The translations under genes were made by a program, and so were the position numbers. Positions 12,943 through 25,541 of a stretch of 64,000 nucleotides of DNA are shown piece by piece. The stretch is from positions 21,414,560 to 21,478,559 of the forward strand of contig NC_134027.1 of assembly GCF_964204645.1 (NCBI RefSeq), written 5' to 3'. Numbering within the stretch: position 1 is the stretch's first letter; every line of letters starts with the position of its first letter. The notes under the pieces were generated by a model. It saw only the letters and a program-made list of their open reading frames with translations, made no database searches and was not told the origin of the DNA. Source of the DNA: Tubulanus polymorphus (lineage: Eukaryota; Animalia; Nemertea).

Positions 12943-14527
12943 TATTTCGAATGCTATCTAACGTAGTAAAACTGTAAAACTCGCATTTGAGTGACGTCCA
13001 GTGATTGCTACTTTGCAGTGTACAATCATTTTCCTCCAGAACCGTCCGTATCAATTTTGCCGCAAGTTTTCTATTCGCCACAATGGATGCAATTACGATA
13101 AACACAGTGCAAAGTTCCAGGCAATAATGATATGTATGCAGAAGTTTTTCAGTATAGATCATACACTCGGCCCACCATCGTCAATATCACCGATACTATC
13201 AGGAATAGTAACGAGTCAAACGTTTCCGTAGCCGGGAAACTAGCCTTCATCGAGTAAAATCTTCTTTCCTTTGAAAAATGGTATTGTTTGCTTGGGAGAT
13301 ACGTTTGGCCTACTCTAAACCTTTTTGCCAACTTACATGTAGTTGCATTCTCCTCATGAATCCATATATACGTATCCCCTGGATACCCCCAAAATAGCCT
13401 TCAATAACCAACATCAAAATTGTTTTTTTTCTGAAAATTGGTAAGCAGTTATTTTTCTACTGTAGCTTTTAAACGGGTATTGTTCCGTTTAACCTGAAAC
13501 AAGCCGATGTTTATCCTTCATACGTATGAATTAGGAGGTTTGGAAATTGTCAATAATATCGTCCAATTTCCATTCTCCTAGTATTCCAAATATTTCATAA
13601 CAATCGGCCTTTAACGGATTATATCTTCCTTTCTCAATGAAAATATAATGTGATTTCTTCAAATCAGTTCCGCATTCAATCTAAGCATCTCACAGCATGG
13701 GTTCCAAAGTTAGAAATACCCTTACACCGTACCTTAAGAAAATATTCAGCCAGGCATTTTCTTAGAATTAAGGAAAGTACTTGATGAAAACCTTACACTA
13801 TAGTTTTGTTTACCCGTAAAAACCTAAAACTATAGTAGTTTTGTTACACAGCAATATGCAATACTGCAATCTTATCTAATAAAACTACGGGGTAATAACT
13901 ACGAGTCGAGAGCCAGGCCGATAATTCTAATTCAAAAAAAGTATAAGCGTGTAAGTAAAAGTGTCAGCCACCTTTACTTAACTTGCTCCACGTTAGTTAG
14001 TAAAGCAAGTTATTCCAACATCATCGGATCGGAATCCTTTCCTGTTTTTAACTTGCTCTCGAACGGTATCTTCTTAATTTGCTATGTTGAGTGTTCTCAT
14101 TTTTTTCACCAGTTTCTGCCATCTGGCTCTTAGATATTTCTGTGTGAGTGCGGTGAGTCAAAGAGAGTGCGATTGGGTGTACGGGGTTGGTGTGAAAATC
14201 TTATCAACTTTAATAGGTTTTTTCTTTTCCATGCGTCCCTCCATCTCGAGTTCTTGTATTTGTTTAACTATAATTCAAAACGGAAAACCAGAATAGAATC
14301 ATCATTATAATGCAATCTAACATTCTCGTGAAATATAGAATGAGGGGTCGACCATGTCCTTATGTTCGATGAATATACAGTAACAAGAAGTTGATCCTCA
14401 ATATCAGATATTTTCCTAAATGTCGCGAATGATTTTGCAAATATTATTGTTATATCCTATAGAGCTGGCCTTTTTCGCATTTCTATGACCACCGCCCAAC
14501 CCCTCCCGCAAATTCATATGCTAGTGC

Positions 14528-14774
14528 CAGGGGCGGATTTAGACCGTGTCGACCGTGTCACCCGACACGGTCGGAATTTTAAAGTGCCTTTTTATTTTTT
14601 CTCTGTATCAAAATTTGCCGTTGTAACCACCTAAGATAAACAATAGATATTTTTTCCCTAAATATATAACCTATGTTTCTTGGCTAAATGCCTCTCAGAG
14701 ATGCTCAGAAAGCCCTAAAATGATAGCAAAATTTCAAAAACTGAAAGAATAACATGCCCCTGGATCCGCCCCTG
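14528..14774. mobile_element. MITE with CAGGGGCGGAT TIRs and 5-bp TSD
   Basis: CAGGGGCGGATTTA...TGGATCCGCCCCTG with AGTGC on both sides. Confidence 0.75.
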
Positions 14775-15229
14775 AGTGCGGCTCTGAAAACATGACCCAC
14801 GTGGATCCAGTTCCACTGTTACTCTCGTGTCTATCTTTCCGCTCGATAGTTTAAAAACAAATCACACATGTGGGAGTGGTGGATTTTGGTTATTAGTCCC
14901 ACGCAGAAATTGTTATTTATTTTTTCCACGTCGAGGGAACAATATCTAATCTGCTGCACGCGGCGCCTGGTAGCCCGTTGATGATAATAGGACGTAGACT
15001 GATCAATCTTACTCCGAGAGACTATAATTAAAACTAACAAATCCCACTTTCCGATTATCTGTCTGTGTATTGTTTGTATTGTTTGTTTAATCGTAATTCC
15101 GTAAAGCCATTAAGGACGTTAAAAATCCGTTTAATAAATTCTTTGTCACGCAGAATCCACTGTTTTCGCAGTTATAATCAAGGTTTTATTCGCTAACACC
15201 TGAAAATTATTGTCTGCCTTCGAATCGTC

Positions 15230-18200
15230 ATGTTTCGCCTGCTAGCTGTCCTACTGATGAGCAACCGGTTTATTCTCATCGATGGGTAAGTAATTATTCT
15301 GGCATAACCAGTTTACCTCCGACCTTGCATTTGAAATTGGTAAATCTCATTGATAGAAGTTTGTCGACACAATTCGAGAAGTAAAAAAAGTTATTCAAGT
15401 CAGTATCTTACAATCGATAAGTTCATTAACCAACCATGATCAAATGGATCTTTTGCGATGAACTCGTTATGAAAAAGTCGTTAGAAAAGTCATTAGAATG
15501 TTGTTGTTATTTTTTTGCTTCAAATGCACGATGACGAATTTTCCTAGAATTCTTTTGACACGAATTGGCGCGAACTATTACAAAAGAAGAAATCATTCAG
15601 ATAAGACCCCGTGTAGAAACTATTTCTTTTCAAAGATCCAGAATCTATTCAATCATAAAATTAAAAGAACACGGCGTTTCGATCTCACCCTAGAGTTCAT
15701 CGTCACGTGTATAAGGGCCAAAAAAATTGAAATTGGGTACAATTGGTTGTTTCCAACTTTAGTGAGGATTGAAAATAACTGGTTACATCATGTTAGTTGT
15801 TTTCAGGACCGGAAAGTTGTTTTAGCACTTTCTTAAATCAAACTTTTGGCGCTAGTCCAGTATGGGGCACTATAGTGCGTCTATAGAGTTACACTGCATT
15901 TTTCGGCCAATTGACCGTTGACATTCGACAGCTAGAGTTTGATTAATAAAAAGGGTGGCAACGTGTCAACCTGTCAACCTGAACAGAAGTATGACAGTTA
16001 TTTCACCTTTATTTTACTGCCTTTTTTGTTCATAATTTTCATTGTTTCTCACAAATCCATTGCATATATACTTATAAGGTTTATCAGGTTTATAATGATT
16101 TTGATGATATTGATATCTCGAAACACAAAATGGCACTATGTATAATATTCACATATATCTAGTAACTATATGAATTGGTTGGGGGTCTTTTGGAGGACAC
16201 ATCGCGGTTATTGAGTAGGGTGATTCCCCGATTTACTCCGAAAGTAACTCATTTCACTATAATGCCGTATATCGGACTTTGGCCAAACATTTCAATTGTG
16301 GGGAAGTTACATTATAATCGTGGCGTTTAATCGCTCACTTGGAATTTGATGTGATTGCATCATCTGGGACTTTACTCTCGAATATTTCACTCGGACCAAT
16401 TTATTTCAAGGGTTTTTTTTAGGACCTAACAGTTAACTTCAGTGGGTGCTGAAATCAACAAGTAATTTTACTTTATTACAACAAATTCTGGGACCAATTG
16501 TACAGTCGTGACATAAGTCCAAAAGTGGTCTTGAAACGTAAGACTGGTCTTAAGTTGTTATATGGGTTATAGGACTTAGCTGGTCTTAGACTGGTCTTAA
16601 GTCATGACTATGCAACCGGCCCCTGTAGCCCAAATCCGCCACCATATATGGTTCCGTATACAGAACTGAATCAAATCACAAATATGTACATGAAGAAATA
16701 TATATGAGATAGAATTTTTTGAAAACTACTATGATCATTCAGTTACCACCGAAAATCAAATTAGTGACACTGTCATATTGGACATTAATTATTACGCAGG
16801 AAAATATTGAGGAAGCAAGGGAATCTCTGGATAACGCGCACACAGCGCAGCTTTTAATCGAGACTAGTTTTTTTTTCTCCAATCGATATAAATCAGTCTG
16901 AAATTCAAACTCATTGAAAATCAAGCCGGGGAAACAAGTATCACTTAAATCACATTTGATGTATGAATTTATTATGTCAAATACCCAGCTGTAGACGATT
17001 CACCTTTTCATTATGCATATCCATTCAGGTCTCTCTATATTCCAGGCAGTATTCTCATAACGATAAGCTATGGAACGTTTATATCAATAATTGATAAATT
17101 GAAATAGATTTTCATAAGTTGTAATCGGTCGCTGGTCGTGTCAATCGAGGGTTGGTTCCTGGGTTCGCATCCTGGTGACGTTAGTGGGCGATGATTCTAG
17201 CCGCCCTTCTTATCGGAAGTAAAACTGAAAAATCGAACCCAGCGGCCATTAGTAGCACTCTATAGGTTCAGGGATTTAAAACAGAGTTCGTGGCTTGCCA
17301 TGATTCATCAAATTGGGCAGCAGGGGCGTCAGCGCAAACACTTCGTGCATTACAGTGAATATATAGGCGTACAATTTCTTGTTTCAAAAAAATTAGAAAT
17401 TAGAAAGTAGAATGTTTCCTGCTCGAATAGCAGTGATTTGCATGATTAAAACGTCCACGTATAGGCCTCATCACGGTATACATATACCGAATCAGTATTT
17501 ATTTCGTAAATTTATTCATATCTATTTTTTTACGAAAGAAACCCACTAAATACATCACTATTAATAGAATGCATATGTTACGCACATTTTTGCCGTGTGA
17601 AATCGGAAATAGAAGTACTCATCGTGGTCAAGTAACGTTTCGGCACTTCTCACAGAATCGAGGACACCACAAGTGCAGTTCACTCTAGAGTATAATATCC
17701 CATTCATCGGTACAACTTTTGACAACTTATGTAGAGTTGCGATGAAGTTGTTATCATGAATTATACAACCCGTCAGACAAAATACTTGGAGTGATTATTA
17801 CTTCCCGGCCCAGAAGTAGGCATTAAGTGATAGTTAATCTTAATTTTAACACACTTCTTTGGAAAAGCCATGTTATTTGAAGTATCATTTTCCTTTATTA
17901 TATAACTAATTCTAAAAAGTATCTTACACCCTGTTAACCCAAATCGGTGTATTAATTTGCATTATTATGATATCATATAACTGTGTGAACGACTGCCTTC
18001 GCGCTCAGTCCCGGTCTATGTGTAACTGTGCTTTCTGCTTGACCTAAATAGTCCCTTTAAAAAATCGGTCGACACATCGGCATGATTTCATTGAATGGAG
18101 ACACATCGTGCATTGATGAGGATGTATTCAGTATCGGTATACAATATGGTTTTCATGTGAGTGGTCACTAACTGATATTCAAGATGAAAATTATCTGTTT

Positions 18201-21200
18201 TCTTTAATAATGAAATAGTGTTCGTTACTATGTGGCTGTGTTGAATAATTAAAAGCAGTGAATCAGATATTAGAATTAGAGTAATAAATGGCTGGGGTAA
18301 TAATACCGAAAAATGTAGTGCTCTGAGTAGCTTCGCTGGATTTAGCGCTATATGAGACAGATATTATCATCAATATGATCATTTTGTGACTGATTGTGTA
18401 TTTATACATTTCGATGCGGAAAACCGTTATCGCTTGTAAAAAAGCCGACGTTTTCTTTAATCTAACCTGCTGGTTTTCATGTGAGTCGTAACTGTTATAC
18501 GTATTTAGTATTAAGATAATCAGGATTTTTTTTTTCTAAAAGTAGGAAAGTTTGAATTGAGTGAATTGGCTGAGTGAATCATACAGTGTCTGAGTTTAAA
18601 CAGCAGAATCACATACACTAATTATTATTCCCTTCAGATTCAATTTGAAGGGTGCAGCTGCGCTGAAAATCCACATTGCTTGTTGAAATCGACGATTTCT
18701 TTAGTCTACTCTGCTGTACATCCTTTCTATTTCAGATCAGGTAAGCGAGAGATCTTCACCAGGATTAAACCACACGCGGATGAAGAGTCTGATGCGTAAT
18801 CAATACAGAAATTGAAGTTTGAAGTTATTAATCGTCATATCTTGCTCATTATTCAAGCAGCCTCCTGAGATAATATTATTTCCAATTAAAGCAAGACGTT
18901 TTATCCAAATTTTCCTTGACATCGCGAAATACATTTCGCAAGTTGATTTCGAGTTGTTCGGAGAAATCCAGTTTTCGTTCGGAAAACATTTTCTAGTTTG
19001 AATATGATAACTGTAACTACCATAATCTACCGTAAAATGTTTATTTTCGTGAGCTATTACAAAGCTCGCAATGAACCATCTACAGTTCTATCAAAGATGC
19101 CATCAACACACTTTCAAGGTTTACACATTCTAAGCGACAAAATAAACACGTTATTTTGAAGATCTAGATAATGATGATAGTAATGATAATTCATCGTGTC
19201 TAAGAACCATATATCTTACTTGAATTCAACATCGCTTGCCAGGTTATCGCTCGATAGATATTTCAATTCAATAAATAATAGAAATCTAAAAATTTTCTTC
19301 TATCGATTTACAAGTTTTAGGTACAGCTGTTACAGGTGGAACCTCTTCTGGTGAGTTTTTTAAAGCTAGTTCATGAGTTTGTAAAATATCTTACCGCGAA
19401 AGTGTGTTTAATTCGTCCACGCATATTGCCAAACACTCCGGTGACAATAACTGATAATGCTCGAATAGGTTCACACAACGTTTTTTTTGTTTTGTACAAA
19501 CATTCTGAACTAAAGTTGAAGTCATCCTTTTTAATACCAGCGCTCACTTCATACGCCAATATCATCAATGGAAATAACATTAACGTACATAAACTTTATT
19601 GTCAGTTAATGATAAACAGTTAATATAACCTAATATTTTCATTGTGACAGCGCCGTTTTATTCTAGAGGCGCCGAGTCATTCTAGTTACCATCAGTGGCC
19701 TTCAAACGAACAGTGACTCTGTAGGCCTATTCATTCAATAGGTTTTGCCCAATACATGTAATGTATGATGCGGTTTGCGTTTGTGTTTGTTATTCTCAAT
19801 TCATCTTGACAACGTTCCCTGATCTATTCAAAAGATCAATCTAATCGTTTCAACAGAGAATTTCTCAGCTCAAAGCTTTATCCTTCCTTCATTTTTTACA
19901 TCAAGTTTAATATTTTGCAGTTCACCCCTTTAGAGTTAAGAGTTTGACAATTAAATGTAGGGCCTGCCAGTTCAAGTTCAGGTTTTCCCTTTTTTAGTAT
20001 GTGAACGCGCAACTACTAAGTTTAACGCTGGGCAAATTTCTCAACTCGTAACGAAATACAACGAACTGAGATCGTCGTTAAAATCGTCCGACGCCTGGAA
20101 AGTTGTAAATATATATTCATTCTTATATACAACTTGAGATTCTAAACAAAAATGACATCGGGAATATGAAAGGTACTTTTTTACCGTTCGTTTACAGGAA
20201 TGGGATGACGAACTGGCGGAGAGAGCGCAAGCATTTACGAATAAATGCATATTCGGTCACGATCTGATGTCACGGTATGTATAGAGCTAATGTCGAAATC
20301 CGACATGAAATAACTCGAATTTCGACCTATTACCTCGAATTTCGACATAACAGTAACTCGAAATTCGACATAATAACTCGAATTTCTACATAAGAATAAC
20401 TCGAATTTCGACATAATATGCCGAAATTATGAAAAAGATTATGTCGTATATCGCCAAGGGACTTCCGTATACGAACCGTACGGGCCTTTTCGTGTCAGAC
20501 ATATTCCATCAGTTAAATCAATCGTACGAAAAAGGTTTTTTTTGGGAAAAAATCATAACTATAGTTAATCTAATTCATCAGTAAATTTTCAACCGTGATA
20601 TTTATACCACGTGTTTTGAATTACTCGGCTCAAGCGTCTTATTCACCTTGGCAAAATGCACTGATTGCAATTCGCGCATAACGTATGATATAACACTTAA
20701 ATCTGAAGAGCAATTCCCAAATTAAACCCATGTTCGCAAATTGTTCAAATGACTTGTTCTCACATCATTCCACAATCCTTCAAACTCTCAGATGTAATGG
20801 TTCAGTATTAGGACAGAACGCCGCTGCTGTGAGCAGTTTTACCGATGGTCTTTCGCCAGGTTTGAACGACTGGTGGGGCGAATTCGCAAACTACGATCAC
20901 TCTGCAGATGAGTGCGCAGCCACCAAAGTTTGCGGTCATTACCGACAGGTAAAACTATTTGTAGAATTTCCCATTGGGAAAAAGAAACATCGAACCCGCT
21001 TATAATGCCCTGTGTGGCGCTTAGCGGGTTGAGGGTGTTAAAAAAAATCCACTTTACTTACTCATAATGTGAAATAATTGTCGAATTAAATGACAGTCTA
21101 TTAAGGGGTTTAAGTAAACGCATGCACTTCAAATCAGCTTTGCTAAAATAGCAGCGCTCTTGTTCTGTACCCTAATTGTTCGTGTTTGTCTAAGTACGTA

Positions 21201-24200
21201 ATTTTAGAAATTTGTTTTGAAATGAGTATATGTGAGTAGCATTTTATCTCTGAAAATCATAGGTTAAAACTGGTCTATAGAACTGGAAGTTAATTTCTCA
21301 CAGGTTTCCATGAATTACGAATTTTTTTCCAAATCTTTTTTTTGCAGATGGCGTATGCGAGAGTTTTTAGGTTTGGCTGCGGTTACACTTTTTGTCCCAC
21401 TTTGACATTTCAATCTTCGGGAATCAAACGGACCAATTATTACTCATACATTTGTAACTTCGACCGGTAGGTTTCCTAGACCCCGACCTTCTCATTCACA
21501 TTCTAGTGACGTTCTCAATGGATGGCAGATAGTACTTAAAAATGTTAACTTAATCATGCGAAAAATAATTTAATGAATTTCTTCAAAACATACTTTGTAT
21601 ACTTTGAGAAGGGACCTTAACATCGGCGGTTATCTTAGAGTCATAAGTACTTGTGTGTAGATGTGTTCAAGGTTTTTTTTAGGATAATATCAAGGTTTTT
21701 ACTTATGGTATTGATATTCAATAGTTAGCACTGTCATGGAACACACCTCTCCACATGGAAATAAGGTTACCCGGTTCTTTGGTTTCACCAACACGGGGTT
21801 CATTATCAAATTACACGCATCTGTATATTCATATTGCGCAAAATTTTTGTGGTAGAATACGATATTTGGACGAAAAACCACGCATGATCGTTTAAAAATG
21901 TGATGTCACTTATATTCTTAATTATTTTCGTCGGTTTTCCTGATAAGTGAGGTTGTTAATGTCAATCAAATGAAGATGGGGTGAATCTAAATTGGACGAT
22001 GACTGCCCTCCTCCCAAAAACAAAAGTTTTCTAAATGAGTTGAGCTTATTTGTCATCCATATCAGATCACTGTATTTCCAAGCCCAACAGCAGTTTTTCG
22101 TTTTTTCGTACTTTCGTTTCATTTTGAAGGGCGATGCCAGGATTAGGAAAAGGCATTTACAAAACTGGTACCTCGTGCTCCCAATGTGGGAAGGATCACG
22201 ATTCTAATAATGCCGTTAAATGCGACGGTTCACTAAACGCTTGCTCTGGTAAGTGAACACCCGGTTCGGTTCCCGGTGTTTTATGTAGATACTCGTGTTT
22301 CGACTTGATTAACGATTTAACGATGTAATAACGTTATCAAGTCTTAAACTGTCAAGTAACTTCAGGACACGGTTCGCACATTCTTGGTTAAATCTTATCT
22401 CAGACTCTGACACGGGTCAGGAATATTTTTTCCATGAATTATTTCTATTTTAGGTACATACATGTGCACTTCCGGGACTTGCAATAAGCGTAGGTTTAAC
22501 AAATGCACCAAAACTAAGCAATGTCCGAGTATAAATTTGAAGAAATACCCGATCAACCAAAAATTATATTTTCTGTATATTGGAACAAGTATGAAATCAA
22601 ATCTGCGTTTTGTATATTAAGAATGCAACATGGATCGAGGAGTTTGTAGTGGACACGGAATACCGGACCCGAATAACGGATGTAAATGTAAATGCGACGC
22701 GAAATACAGCGGAAATCGATGTCAATGTAAGAAACAAACCAAACGAAGATTTGCTTTTTTCTGAACAATTGGAAACAATAGTTCAACCGATGATGTTTCA
22801 CAATAAAAGAAAACAGAATATTTAACATTTCTGAACTAAAGACTAAATCTTTGTGAAATGTCCTGGTTATCTCTTACATTCAATCGATATAGAGTGAAGG
22901 TATAAGAAACACAATAGATCAAGTTCATTGAATTGCTCGGAAAAGGCGGCCACTATTTTGCTCCAAGAGGGCAATTTTCGATTTAAATGCTTTCAAAAAG
23001 AGCATACATCAATAACGCTATAATCTCAAAAAAGTTTTAGAGAGATAAAGCATTTTTGCTTGACTTTCTGAGTCACGCATATTGATAATACCCTTTTCGT
23101 AAGAATTATCTTTTTTATTGTGGTGCTATAGTGATCATTTACCACTGGGTTTGCCCCTGAGTGACTGTTTATATTGATTATTGATGCTGATAATATTCCA
23201 TTTACGAAATAATTTACAATAAACAATACAAAAATATTGAAAAAATGATACGCTGGACGGCTCTTGAAGTTAATAGATAACTTATGACCTCAAAGGCCGA
23301 TTCCCCAAAATTTTGGTTGAAAAATGTTTGGATTGACGAAAACTCACGATCACAATGGTAGGAGTTTGATGTTTCAAATCAATTGCTGCGAGTCGTTTCG
23401 AAAACCAATGAAATAGCGCCTAGCATTTGAATCGAACTACTCTCTTAGTTTTCCTACATAATTGTGGGTTCTTCAACGTCATATTTTTCATTTTTTTATG
23501 TTTATTTTCATCAGATATAAATCTCACAAAATCATTGATTTTCATCATTAGTATTGTCAGACATAGAAATTGTGATTATACCGTATATCAGATGAGGGAC
23601 ACAGTGCAAGCCTAAAGGGTGTACTTATAATCATGATCATAAGCACTGTGCCCACATACTATTCTTTAATTCGACAAAAACGTTTTTCTGATTAGTATTG
23701 TTTAAGAATCTCGTTCGTCACGCGAATTTGGTTATTTTTTCAGGTGCAGATTCGTTTGGTTGGTGCGTTGAGATGGGTTTCCTGTGTGCAGGCGATCCAG
23801 GCACACGAGATATGTGTAAATACTCGTGCAGAAATGAGTAAGTATACGGATGGTCAGCTAAAGTCATATCAATATCGTATGCGTGCAAAAAGTCATAGGA
23901 ATATTTTCAGCAAAAGAAGATCTGTCAATGATTTGAACCCGGCACCTTTTCTCGATTCTGCTGAGCTTAAAAGTTGACCCGGCCGGACGCCTATCTATAT
24001 CCTATACATTTTTTCTAAAATCACGATCAAGCTAACAATAACAGACCCGGCAGCTATAGAAATGAACTCATGACAGATTCTATAGTTTACAAAATTTGGC
24101 CGATTTGGAGGAACAAAGTTTAGCCTTAAATCTAGCTCGAGGTGGACGTACGTACAAATCTTTTCCGTTTATTTCTTTTTCAGAATTCCGGAATGCAAAT

Positions 24201-24202
24201 GA
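15230..24202 (+). CDS. Secreted CAP/SCP (CRISP/venom allergen-like) protein with EGF-like and ShKT-like C-terminal modules (CAP gene 1)
   Basis: Exons 15230-15285 (signal peptide), 18736-18740 (putative microexon), 19321-19350, 19998-20104, 20198-20274, 20792-20948, 21348-21466, 22130-22248, 22454-22489, 22622-22726, 23744-23837, 24184-24202, all phases consistent. Motifs WDDELAERAQ, GQN, CGHYRQ, FGCG, YICNF, EGF CSGHG..CKCKC..YSGNRC and ShKT-like CADS..C..C..CKYSC..C. AATAAA at 24301. The first three exons are less certain. Confidence 0.85.
16488..16625. mobile_element. Short palindromic MITE with CWG flanks
   Basis: CTG-GGACCAATTGTACAGTCGTGAC...GTCATGACTATGCAACCGGCCC-CTG. Relatives at 34475-34601, 35803-35903, 49212-49312, 49623-49799 and 51361-51475. 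Confidence 0.6.
20290..20470. repeat. Short tandem repeats (TAACTCGAATTTCGACAT-like, about 5 copies) in a CAP1 intron
   Basis: Visible repeated units ending in CTTCCGTA, similar to the TACGGAAG-ended element at 25238-25541. Confidence 0.6.
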
Positions 24203-25237
24203 TCGATCGAAAAAGGAAGGCCACGCGGAATTGAAATATACATTTTCTGATTGGATACTTAAGATCCGTTTAGAAAATGTGAATTTGGAATCGTCGGAAT
24301 AATAAAGATTTTAAATAGTGGGTGATACAAATGAAATAACTGAGATTGCGTGAAAATTTATCGTATATTCTTTGAGACCCACGAAGATCCGCGGCCGGTT
24401 TTAAAGATTGATGTTAACTTAAACAGGGGGGCTGTTAACTCAATATTCATAGTCAATTGATTATACCCCTGGGTTAAACTTAACTATAGTCCGTAGGACT
24501 GCCCCAGATGCAGATTCGACCGCACCAGATCGAACAGACGGCAGCTGTCATCGTCCTAAAAAATTCGCATTCGAAACGCGGTAACAAGATTTCAAAAAAT
24601 GAAAAACTGGATCCACAGAAAAAATTCAACCAACAACATTTATCTCTGGAAGGAAGAACTCGAACCACTTTTTAAGGATGCGGTGGTACCGCCGTAATAC
24701 AGTCAGCAGTATGGTGGTAGATTCGAACCAAAACGTAAAATTTCAGATCTACAGATGAGGGCGCCAGATCAGAAAGGAACCAAGATGATCCATAATATAC
24801 ACGTTACATGAATATCAAAATATCAATGAATGACGTATTTAACTACGCTCACACCAGTGATAGATAATCAATCGTGAAATGATTGATCGATACCTAAAAT
24901 GTAATGCTTTATCTATATCTGAATCAAATGATCGTTATTGATCGGCTGGCACTGATATACAGTCATTTGGAGTAATCACCATGAGCCTAGAACAAGTACG
25001 AAACTATTCATTATCCATTTATCATAATAAAAGTTACGATTTTATCAGATGATAACCTACGATTGACTTTTGAGGTATCCAAAACTGCCACCAAACTGAT
25101 ATACATGTACGATGCAGCCCAATAATACGGGGTAATAGTGCAAGGGTGTAGGGACATATCCCATACGTTAGTAGTGAATCGGTTGTATGTATCGAATTTT
25201 GATATGCCAAGCTATTAGTTACTGATGACTACGTTAG

Positions 25238-25541
25238 TACGGAAGAGTATTGCGGTCTCATGAAAAATGTTTTCAAAGTCTAAATTTCGACTTTTAAACT
25301 CGAAATTTCGAGACTTAAAGTCGAAATTCCGACATCAGAAAAAACGTTCGTGTGGCCGCAATGCTTTTCCGTAAAAACTGATCTCGTAGTGCCATAGTAT
25401 GAATTTTATAACATAGCGTGCGCACATCTGTTAAAAAGTTTACAAAGTCGAAATTTCGAGATTAAAAGTCGGAATGTGTCGGAATATTTCGAAATTTCGA
25501 CTTAAAAGATAATGTTCATGTGGCCGCAATGCTCTTCCGTA
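25238..25541. mobile_element. MITE with TACGGAAGAGYATTGCGG TIRs
   Basis: TACGGAAGAGTATTGCGG...CCGCAATGCTCTTCCGTA, internal GTCGAAATTTCGA palindromes and an extra internal right end near 25373. Confidence 0.65.

Noticed and set aside
14084-14296. Hydrophobic ORF as a further first exon for CAP1
   Set aside because: Its GTGAGT donors are phase 0, incompatible with the downstream exons, and the signal peptide is unconvincing.
18638-18740. Longer alternative for CAP1 exon 2 using the AG at 18636-18637
   Set aside because: In the required frame it hits TGA after ...KIHIAC, and it would end in the wrong phase.
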